This document shows, in pieces, positions 25,773-36,825 of a stretch of 64,000 nucleotides of DNA. The stretch is from Octopus bimaculoides. Lineage: Eukaryota. The DNA lies in contig NC_068994.1 in NCBI RefSeq assembly GCF_001194135.2, positions 59,698,088 through 59,762,087 of the forward strand. The letters run 5' to 3'. The position numbers and the translations under genes were made by a program. The first letter of the stretch is position 1. The number at the start of each line of letters is the position of its first letter. Under the pieces are notes generated by a model. It was given only the letters and a program-made list of their open reading frames with translations. It did not search any database and was not told the origin of the DNA.

Positions 25773-26210
25773 TAGTGAGTTGGCAGAATCGTTAGCATGT
25801 GGAGCAAAATGCCAAGTGGCACATTGTCTGTCTTCACGTTCTGAGTTCAAATTCTGCCAAGGTTGACTTTGCCTTTCATCCTTCCAGGATCAATAAAATA
25901 TGTACCAGTTGAACACTGGAGTCGATATAAGTGCTTTACCCCACCCCCACCCCCAAATTGCTGGCCTTGTGCCAAAATTTTCATTGTTGTGTGTTGTTGC
26001 AGTGAGCTGGCAGAATCGCTGACACTGAGTCAAAATGGTCAGCACTTTTCCTTGGCAGCATTTCGTCTGTCTTTATGTTCTGAGTTCAAATTCCATTTGG
26101 GCGGGGGGTCGATAAAACAAGTACCAGTCATGTACTGGGGTCAATGTAATTGACTCAGCTTGTCCCTTAATACTTCAGACTTTGTGCTTATAGTAGAAAA
26201 GATTAGTATC
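25773..26210 (+). mobile_element. Two head-to-tail tRNA-derived SINE copies (about 25773-25985 and 25999-26210)
   Basis: Both begin g(c/t)agtgag(c/t)tggcagaatcg and share ttctgagttcaaatt and gtaccagt..actgg(a/g)gtc. Confidence 0.8.
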
Positions 26211-26231
26211 ATTATTGTTGTTGTTGATGTT

Positions 26232-26277
<46 letters not shown>

Positions 26278-26593
26278 AGATACATACTAGGATTATATTA
26301 CACAGTGCACATAGTAGGTGGGGTCACTTGTAGTTATTGACTTCGTTTACAGCCAATTACTTAATCCGCTAATCTCACTCCCTCTCCCTCCTCTCCCCTC
26401 CCCCACTCTCTGCCTCAGAAAAGATAAAGCCTGACTTTTACTGGATTATATAATTCTTCAGTTTAACCAAAACAAACCATCTAACATGCCTTATTAGAGT
26501 TAAGTCAGTGTTTCGTTAGGTCAGTTGGCTTAATTAGACCAGCTGACCTACAGGATCACCTTGCTCACTCCATACACCCACCTACCTTCCCAT

Positions 26594-26636
<43 letters not shown>

Positions 26637-26712
26637 GAGAGAGAGAGAGAGAGATAACTCGTCATCAGTTATCAGCCAGAGGGTCAAATGCAATTTCATG
26701 CCTATAGATATA

Positions 26713-26930
26713 CCATCATCCTCATCATTAACAACCGTTTTCCATGCTGGCGTGGGTTGGACGGTTTGACTGAGGTCTAGAGAGCCAGCGGCTGCACTCG
26801 GCTCCAATCTGATCTGGCAAAGTTTCTACAGCTGGATGCCCTTCCTAATGCCAACCACTCCGAGAGTGTAGTGGGTGCTTTTTACGTGTTACCAGCACAA
26901 GAGCCAGTCAGGCAGGCCTGGCAACGATTG
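26713..26930 (-). mobile_element. RTE-tailed short retroposon
   Basis: ccgttttccatgctggcgtgggttggacggtttgactgagg...cagctggatgcccttcctaatgccaaccactcc. Confidence 0.85.
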
Positions 26931-26949
26931 CATTACTCATGTATTTATA

Positions 26950-26998
<49 letters not shown>

Positions 26999-27075
26999 GT
27001 GTCCTAAATAATCACTGGATACAAAACTTATTTTCACTGCCAAAGATGCTATTTTGATGGTAGTGTGTTTGTGCT

Positions 27076-27110
<35 letters not shown>

Positions 27111-27254
27111 ATGCGTACATCATACATACAATGTTCAGTGTATCTATTTGCACACAACTACAATTAATATTAATAAGTATGTTAATTATATGTTGATATG
27201 TCTGTAAAATTTGATCTGATAATTAAATATAAATACCTTTCTTTTATATTCCAG

Positions 27255-27324
27255 GTAAGAAATCTATCGAGGAACATCTTTCATTTTATTGTATTGATCC
27301 TGTCTGAACAACTCGTTGACATCA
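27255..27324 (+). other. Candidate 70-nt exon or recursive-splicing exon
   Basis: Upstream: ctgat branch-like motif, about 75 nt free of AG, and ccttt cttttatattccag acceptor. Exon starts GTAAGA; downstream donor TCA|GTAAGT at 27325. Confidence 0.5.
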
Positions 27325-29749
27325 GTAAGTTCACAAAACATAATCTCAGCCATATTATTTAATTAACAATGTTTCTATTACACTTTTGGGTTTTTTTTTT
27401 TTTTGTTTGTCTATGTTTGTTGTTCTTTTTCTTTACTCTATATTTTCTGAATTATTTCAAGAAAATCTCTTTTAAGAAATATTTTTGAAGATTCTTTCAA
27501 AAACTGAAACTGAAATTTCAAACGAGTCAAGAGGATGGGGGTGGGGAAGGTAACAAGGTAAAAAAAAACAACAACAAAATTTCCTCAACAGAATGAACAA
27601 CATGTTGATGTGTGTGTGTGTGTGTGTCTATCTGTGTGAGTACGTGTGTCTGTGTGGGTGTGTGTATACATAGAGAGAGAGCGAGAGATGTATATATAGA
27701 TACATAGATAGACAGAGAGACAGAAATTTATAAAGACCATAAATGGGACCATCATGTCTGTATCATTTTAAAGGGATAGTTAAGAGCGGAGAACATGTAA
27801 TTGTCACAAAACATAAGGGTGTATAAAAGGTTTATATCAAACCAGAAGAAGCACAATAGTGGTACAGGTAAGCCCCTTGTTGTGAAACAGGGACTATACA
27901 CACAGATTACAGACTGTAAAGGTTATGGTCTGTAGAGAAGGGGAAAGCCTGGAAAAGACATGTTTATAGGTTGGTTGGTGTGTAGGAGAAAATCAAAAGT
28001 AAACTGAAATTCCTCTTGGAGACCTACAAAGCCCATGAGCTCTGTCCCTTCATCCAGACTCAGCAACTTAAAATGAACACAAACGCACAAACACACAAAT
28101 GTCAACTGTAAAGCATGTTTATCAATTACTTGCTAAATGTTTCTTTGCAAAAGAAGAGTTTTTAGAAGGGAGAAGGAAAGAGAAAGAGGGATGGAGTGGA
28201 GAGGTGAGAGGGTGAGAACAGGGTCGAAGGAGAAATTTGTATTTAAATAGTCATGATTGGTTAAGTGTAGTTAGGCCTGGGTGAGATCTGTGATGACTCT
28301 CATGTAAGAGTGAGCATTTGGTTGCTATTTTTAGCATGTTCATCAGCCATGTAGAAACTCTGTCTGCAGCTCAGTGTGAAGCAGAAACGATGGGATTTGA
28401 AGGCAGAGCTTGTGGAGGAGCTAGTTCAGACTATTAAATTAAAACAAGTTAAATGAATCACTAATCAATTAATTGAAGTAAGTACTTGTAGCATTTCATT
28501 AGAAATTATCTATAAGTGCTTAATTAGAAAGTAACAACTGAATAACGAGAATAAAATGCTTGTTTTATTTTGACCTGACTGGTTCTAGAGATGGCTGACT
28601 GAGATAATATGGAAGGGAGATGAGTGAACAAGGGAGCCGCTACATGCTTGCCAACCTTCTAGAAAAGGTAGCCAAGTTTCCCTCAAATTACACCTAACCA
28701 TCTAAACAAGGGAAGGAATTAGTAGAGAATGTGTTCTTGGATAACCCTTGAACTCCATTTGTTCTGTTTTTGGTTTCTTCATCTCTATGGATCGATACCC
28801 TTCTTAACGCCAACCACTTTATGGAGTGTAGTGAGTGCTTTTCGTTTTTTTTATTCTTGTGACACTGGCATCAGTGAAGCTGCCAAGTAACTTACAAGAC
28901 AAAAAAAAAAAACACCCCTCGATTGGGTGGGGATGTAGCAGAGGGGGTGTGTGCTTTATGTTCTGTGTGTCAATGCAATTGATTATATTCATCATCATCA
29001 TCATCATCGTTTCAGTTGGCATTGTGCCAAGTCAAACGAAATCAATATTAATTTGATGGAGTTGGTAGAAGCAGAGGAGTGTATGTAGAGGACTGGATGT
29101 TTTTTGTTTTTTTTACTATTTTCTTTGTAACACCTCATTTAAAAAGTTCCAAGTTATCTCTGCCTTTCATCTCGTTAGCCTCATTAGAATTTAAATAGCA
29201 CCACCAAACAGTGTGTCTGGTCAAAAGGAATTCGAATCTAAGCTGTGTAAGTCCGAGTGCACCAGTTTTAGAAACCAGTTTTAATCTCCATCTTCAACCG
29301 TTTCATTGTTCTCTGCTGATATTTTAGAAACGAACAGATGTCACACAATCATCATTTCTCCAAATCAAAGGATCTGGAAAATGGGCAAGAAATATCTATT
29401 CATTTTATGGAAATGTTTTCCCAAGTAAAAATGACCAAACTAATATAACACTTATCAAAATGTCATCGTAAATACATAAACAGATGGGCTGGTCATATCT
29501 GGAATGTCTCTGAACATAGGTCTGTTCAGTCAGGACTGAGTTGCTGCAATACAACAACATTAACTTATCATGGGGGTGGGTTTAAACTTGTTGAAGAAGT
29601 CTTCTGTGACAGCTGGAGACCTTTCTTGATGCCACCATTTACTTTATTCTGTTATTCTTCACCTGTTGAATCCCTGGGCTGCCACATTACACAAGATGTC
29701 ACAAACACACATCACTGCCGCCCAAGGGATGTAAATGCAAAAATACAAA

Positions 29750-29885
29750 TGCATGCACATGCACACACACACATGCATGCACACGCACACACACACATGC
29801 ATACACACACATGCATGCACACGCACACATGCATGCACACACACATGCATGCACACGCACACACACACATGCATACACATACACC
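29750..29885. repeat. (CA)n-derived minisatellite with repeated CATGCATG
   Basis: TGCATG at 29750, 29774, 29812, 29830 and 29846. Confidence 0.85.
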
Positions 29886-31087
29886 TGCATATATATCCGA
29901 TAATTTCCATCCAATTTTTGTTCACTGAATTTCATTTACAAGACATATGTGAAGCCAAGGCATCGGTAAACATGACATTTGCCCAAGGTGCCACAGAATG
30001 AAATTGAACATGAATGCTTCTGGTTGTGAATTAAACTTTTTAACCACACAGCCACTCATGAATCTGACAACATTATAAACACTGCATATTAGAAGCAAGA
30101 GTCGTGTATTGAATAGATTGATCAAAAGGGGAAAAGAACAACCATTAAGTTGATGAAGAGATCTTGCTTACAGCTGAAGAATGTCCCATCTTTGTCTCCT
30201 TTTTTTCTTTGTTCTCAAACAAAGGACAAAACCTGAAATTGGACGCAAAACTTCACAACAATTTCAACTTCTTCCATCAAAATCTCTTCTAAGATTAAAA
30301 GCCTTCCTGTTCAACTTGGGGCCATTAACATCTTGGGGTTCAAGTTCCGTTGCTATTGACCTCCCTTTCATCTCATTTAGGTTTATAAAATATATACCAT
30401 CAATATACTGGGGTCAGGAGTCAAGTCAATTCATTATTGCTGTACTACAAAACTTGTTTCTCTGCCAAATTAACCAATATGTGCAAAAATATATACTTAA
30501 TTATCTCGGATGTTAATTCAGTCAATAGAATTAATTAATTGTCCCTTCATTAATATTGAGTGATCACGCCTTATAGAGTTCAGGGTGAGGGAGACATGGG
30601 GATTGTGGTATTCATGCCTTTCTTAAGGACATCATCAGTGCATGTAGGCCTGCATTTGTGTATGTTTGTGTATGTGCATTGATGTATATGTTATGTGTGT
30701 GTGTTTGCGTGCATGTGTGTGTGTGTGTCTGTGTTTTATGTAGGAGTGTGTTGGGGGAAAGTATAGAGATGTACAGTTATATTTACAGAATTATGGCTAT
30801 TCTTGTGTGAATAGATGCATAAGTGAGTGTGTATATATGGCTGGGAATATGTGTGTATTGAGCAAAGGTAATTAGGTGTATGGATATAGATATACACCCT
30901 CAAATGTTTTCGTATGTGTGTCTGCATAGACCATATCTATACACATAAATGTGTGTGTGTACATATAAACAAAACTAGGAAAATGTATATCCAAATATAT
31001 GTATATATGTACAAGCGCATACAAATATGCATATACACACACACGTCTTCCATTGCTCTTTTGTGATTCAATCAGTAAAACTGTAAA

Positions 31088-31138
<51 letters not shown>

Positions 31139-31404
31139 CAGCATGAAGACTGATGTTTTTTCCCACTCTGGCAGGGATTGGCTATGTTTGAACATAGCCA
31201 TTCCTCTGGGTCAAGTATTATCAGGCATTGATGTGTAAACACAGAGCCTGCTTTGTTACGACGTAGTCTTGAGTTCAATCTCATTGCTTGGTACTTTGGA
31301 CAAGCATCTTGTACTGCAGCCAGGGGTCAATCAACGGTTATGAGGGAAATTGCTAGAGAGAAACTGTATGGAGACAAGTTGTGTGTGTGTGTGTGTGTGC
31401 ACCA

Positions 31405-31835
31405 TGCTCCAATCTGATCTGGCAAAGTTTCTACAGCTGGATGCCCTTCCTAACATCAACCACTCCGAGAGTGTAGTGGGTGCTTTTTTACGTGCCACTA
31501 GCACAGGGGTCAGAGGGGGCTGGCATCGACCACATTCGGATGGTGCTTTTTACATGCCACTGGCACGGAGACCACAACTACAATTTCCATTTGATTGTCA
31601 TCTGATTTCATTTTGATGTACTTGACTCAATAGGTCTCCACAAGCACAGCATGTCACCCTACGATCCACGGGTCCTTTTTGAGTTGGCTGGTTATGCAAC
31701 GCTGGTGTAGGTTACAGCTGTGATCTCACTTTATTTGCCAGGTCTTTTCGGTCACAGCAAATCTCCAGAGGTCTTTTGTCATTTACTCTGTGAGGCCCAA
31801 CGTTCGAAGGTCATGCTTCACCACTTCATCCCATG
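31405..31835 (-). mobile_element. 5'-truncated RTE LINE 3' end
   Basis: 31833 downward encodes WDEVVKHDLRTLGLTE*MTKDLWRFAVTEKTWQIK*, followed by the RTE-type 3' UTR. Confidence 0.85.
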
Positions 31836-31879
31836 GATGATAATAAAAAAATGATGAGCAAACTCTTGATTGAGCCACA

Positions 31880-32230
31880 GCTCTGTCGTGCCTTCTGAAG
31901 CAGCTGTGCCACTGGAAACACTGCAGATGACCCATTGCCTGGTCACCCTAAACTTGCCAAAGCATGCTCGATGTCTCTGTCGCAGACTTCCCAAGTTTAA
32001 TGCAAAACTTCACGTTGTCTCTTTGTTCTTTTCTTCAATGACAAAATCACAGACTACAGCATATCAAATGGTCACAAAAACACAAATTTCACAACTTGCA
32101 AAGTGATCTCACTTTGGCACACTGCCTCATAAAGGTCACTGCTAGTTCTCACTGCACATGCCACTGTGTGCTGCCATCTGTTGGCACGCTTCAGAACTAG
32201 TCCAGGAACTTGCTTTTATACCGTCTTGTT
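31880..32230 (-). mobile_element. Mariner DNA transposon 5' fragment
   Basis: 32031-31894 encodes KEQRDNVKFCIKLGKSATETSSMLWQV*GDQAMGHLQCFQWHSCFR, a mariner transposase N-terminus. TIR-like start near 32229. Confidence 0.85.
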
Positions 32231-33108
32231 TGTACAAAATCAATCTAGCTATCTCACTCTTTCTTTCTCTGTATGTCTGTGTGTATGTAGACACACGCAT
32301 GTATTCACAGACACACACGCACACACATGTGTATATACCTGCATACACACACACACACACACACCAGAGATATGAGGCAGAGGTAAATGGACGCAATCGC
32401 TTGTGTAGTGAGGACAGTCTCACCTCTCACTCCCTTGCAATGTTTGCACATGGTTGCGTGCACCAAATGCAGTTTGGGCAACACTGAAAGCAGTCATTAA
32501 CTATTCCATTAATATGGAATGACGTTTAATAAAAATATTTGTCTTTCAGTTGTGGAATTAGGATCTGAGTCAGTGTGGTGGTGGTGGTGGTGGTGGTGNN
32601 NNNNNNNNNNNNNNNNNNNNNNNNNNNNNNNNNNNNNNNNNNNNNNNNNNNNNNNNNNNNNNNNNNNNNNNNNNNNNNNNNNNNNNNNNNNNNNNNNNNN
32701 NNNNNNNNNNNNNNNNNNNNNNNNNNNNNNNNNNNNNNNNNNNNNNNNNNNNNNNNNNNNNNNNNNNNNNNNNNNNNNNNNNNNNNNNNNNNNNNNNNNN
32801 NNNNNNNNNNNNNNNNNNNNNNNNNNNNNNNNNNNNNNNNNNNNNNNNNNNNNNNNNNNNNNNNNNNNNNNNNNNNNNNNNNNNNNNNNNNNNNNNNNNN
32901 NNNNNNNNNNNNNNNNNNNNNNNNNNNNNNNNNNNNNNNNNNNNNNNNNNNNNNNNNNNNNNNNNNNNNNNNNNNNNNNNNNNNNNNNNNNNNNNNNNNN
33001 NNNNNNNNNNNNNNNNNNNNNNNNNNNNNNNNNNNNNNNNNNNNNNNNNNNNNNNNNNNNNNNNNNNNNNNNNNNNNNNNNNNNNNNNNNNNNNNNNNNN
33101 NNNNNNNN

Positions 33109-33152
<44 letters not shown>

Positions 33153-33404
33153 TATGTGTGTGCGTGCGTGTGTGTGTGTGTGTATGTGTGTGTGTGTGTG
33201 TGTGTAATCACCATCATTTAAAGTCCATATTTCACATTGGCATGAGTTGGACAGTTTGACAGGATCCGATGGGTCCCAGGACTGCATTCTGCTCCAATGT
33301 CAGCTTTGGCACGGTTTCAACTGCTGGATGCCCCTACCTAATGCCAACCACTTTACAGTGTGTGTGTGCTGAGGGATTTCTTGTGGCACCAGCACTAGTG
33401 AGGT

Positions 33405-33620
33405 TATCATGGCAGCTTGATCTGTATTTTGCCCATGGCATCATCACCAAAGATCTGCTGGATCTTCTGGGTTGATTGAACCTGAATATCTCCCAGCTTT
33501 TGGCAAAACTTGATGCAATATCTCTGCTTGATGACAAGTGTGTACTTAATGTCTATACTCGAGATGTATCAGCCACAAACTGATGTGGTCTACCGGCATG
33601 AAGATTTTCACTCATGTGTA
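33405..33620 (-). mobile_element. Mariner DNA transposon 5' fragment, second family
   Basis: 33532-33416 encodes IKQRYCIKFCQKLGDIQVQSTQKIQQIFGDDAMGKIQIK. Abuts an RTE-tailed element at about 33205-33405. Confidence 0.85.
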
Positions 33621-34131
33621 GGAAGGGTGGCATCACCCTCCCACCCAAAGGATCCTGCCCACATGGTATAACCTGTATCTGTATGGTACATATCGGTTTC
33701 AAATGTTGTGTAGTATGTATCTATATGATGTATATTCGACTGGTTCAGTTATGAGTGCGTGTGCGTGTGTGTGTGTGTTATAAATCAGTAATTAAGCGAG
33801 TTCAATTCTGGTATCGAAATGAGACATATTGGACCATTTCAATTATATTTTGTATATTTATGTATCTACTTATCTGTCTGTTTGTCTGTCTGGCTGTCTC
33901 CAGTTGAGGGAAGTACAATATGTCTTGTTTGTATTGGGTCATGTCTTATGTATTGGGGTATACAGTATTGGGGGTATACCGTGTGTATATATATATATAT
34001 AAGGTTGAGGAGGGTATTGGATTTAACACTTCAAGTACTGTTCTCTCTTTTTTCAGCACATCACACTCTTTACCACTTCATACTAAAAATATCCGCCTAT
34101 GGATATAATAATAGATTACTTTATTTTTTCT

Positions 34132-34180
34132 GTCTCCGATGAAGGGAAGTACTGGATCTTCCCAGAAACAGCTGTAAGAC
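34132..34180 (+). ncRNA. Minimal type I hammerhead ribozyme motif in a probable PLE terminal repeat
   Basis: GTCT | CCGATGA | A GGGAAG-tactggat-CTTCCC A | GAAA C-AGCT-G TA | AGAC. Stems I, II and III form; the core differs from CUGAUGA at one base. Confidence 0.7.
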
Positions 34181-34836
34181 TCTATCCATAAAATTCTTCA
34201 ACCTTACCTTTGCTCTCTTTATCTTTTTGCTTTTATATATTTACATATATATCGGGTGACNNNNNNNNNNNNNNNNNNNNNNNNNNNNNNNNNNNNNNNN
34301 NNNNNNNNNNNNNNNNNNNNNNNNNNNNNNNNNNNNNNNNNNNNNNNNNNNNNNNNNNNNNNNNNNNNNNNNNNNNNNNNNNNNNNNNNNNNNNNNNNNN
34401 NNNNNNNNNNNNNNNNNNNNNNNNNNNNNNNNNNNNNNNNNNNNNNNNNNNNNNNNNNNNNNNNNNNNNNNNNNNNNNNNNNNNNNNNNNNNNNNNNNNN
34501 NNNNNNNNNNNNNNNNNNNNNNNNNNNNNNNNNNNNNNNNNNNNNNNNNNNNNNNNNNNNNNNNNNNNNNNNNNNNNNNNNNNNNNNNNNNNNNNNNNNN
34601 NNNNNNNNNNNNNNNNNNNNNNNNNNNNNNNNNNNNNNNNNNNNNNNNNNNNNNNNNNNNNNNNNNNNNNNNNNNNNNNNNNNNNNNNNNNNNNNNNNNN
34701 NNNNNNNNNNNNNNNNNNNNNNNNNNNNNNNNNNNNNNNNNNNNNNNNNNNNNNNNNNNNNNNNNNNNNNNNNNNNNNNNNNNNNNNNNNNNNNNNNNNN
34801 NNNNNNNNNNNNNNNNNNNNNNNNNNNNNNNNNNNN

Positions 34837-34873
<37 letters not shown>

Positions 34874-36788
34874 CACTTACAATGTGTATCTGTATAGATA
34901 CTGAATCTGCTCAGGTATATTGGAATATCATATTGAAACATACTCGCCAACCTCATGTGTGTACGTGTGTGTTTGTATCTCTGTAATATACACATTGTGC
35001 CTGTTGGTACAGCATATGTATCAATATGTAATAAAGAATTGTGACTAATGCAATTAAGTTTCAAGACCAATTAGTATGGTGAACAAAATTACCAGTGTCT
35101 AATGGGATGGGGCTGGGGGCAGGAGTGGGTGGTAGGTGGGGGGTGGAAACAAACTGAACAGCATCGTGAAAACATTTATAAATTGTTCACAGAATGATAT
35201 TCTTTGATCAATATCGATTAATTCCTCTGAGCTATTCTTAATGTAAAAGAGAAAAACCAAAATAACAAATGTTAACATTTCCAATAAGCTTTGAACTGCA
35301 GCTTCGTCACTGTAGAGGAGTTTTGGACAAGCAACTTGCAAAGGAATTGCATGATCCCAATACAAGCTTATAAAAACACACACACAAAGGACCCCTTGAA
35401 GCACTTCCAAATTGACCTTTTAAACAGAAACCTTAGAAGATGTGTGATGTAGAACTTAAGGGGCAATCTATGAAATATCAGATTTGATATCTTCCATAGT
35501 TTCAAAGTCTGAAAATTACCATTCTCTTAGTCAAACAATTCTATTTAAAAAACCATTTGCTTAAAAGCACATTGTTATTTGTTGGAAGCCAAAAATAAAT
35601 GATGACCAATACAAGTCCACACTGATAGCTAACCATTTATTAGTGCAAGGACCCTGGTTCAGAACCTAAAGATTAAACTTGTGACAATTCAGTGGTGCCG
35701 TAGAATGGTGCTGGTACCAATGTCATTAGAGGTAATCCGAAAATGGTATCCAAGTGTGTGCGTGTCTTGAGGTGTTCATGTTACTAGAGGGGTTTTCTTA
35801 AGGAGGACATAACGCAGTTTGTAACTGAACTTCATGGAAAGAGTACCAGATAGAATAACAGTATAGATACAATATAAATGATGAAGGAAACCGTTGAAGG
35901 TAATGCCCCAGTATGGCCGTTATGCAATGATTGAAATCAGTTAAAAATGAATAAACAGGTATGTGTGTATATCTATATAGAAGCTTACCACTATGAACTA
36001 ACAGAACACTCGTCAGTTTGACAGTGCTCTTGTGTTTACAACTTGATCCCCATTGTTCAGCCTCTTTGGATGGAGTCAGCTATTGCTAAATTGCCTGAGA
36101 AAAGTGTACATATTTTGTCTATATATAAGGGAGAATGTTACACAATGAAGGGCCATAAGCAGGGTGCTCCAGCTTGACTTTTGTAGACCCTTTAAAACAT
36201 TCATAAAATGTTCTGATTGAAATGAAAAGTTTCTACCTGAGTTTCTACCTGAGCTTCTACCTGCAATCAGGTTGTGATTATTATTATTATTATAGAATTT
36301 GATGAAAAACCTTTTCTATTCCAAGCATCAGATTATAATAATGAAAACTTAATCCTTTTACTAAATTCTTTTCACTTTTTAATTGTTTCTAAAATTAATT
36401 GAAAGATAGGTGTATTTTTTAGGAATATGTTTAGAAAACAGTCAAATGCCTTAGAAAGAAATTTTAAATCTGAAAAAGAAAATTATTTTGCAATGTCACA
36501 GGTTCAATTTCAACAATTCTTCAAAATTCTTCTTTTTACGCTTTTCAGCAGATATTTAATCAGAAGTGAACCGACACAAAAGCAGCACCACCACCACCAC
36601 TGCTACCACCAACACCAACAACAAAAACAGTAACAACACAACCACCACCTGTGCTAAACGAACCTCTGCAATTATTCTAAATTTGTCTCAGATTTGCACA
36701 CACACATACACAGACATGTGCATGCATATGCATATATGCATACACACAAGCATATAGCCAAACACACACATGCAAGTCTATAGTTATA

Positions 36789-36825
<37 letters not shown>

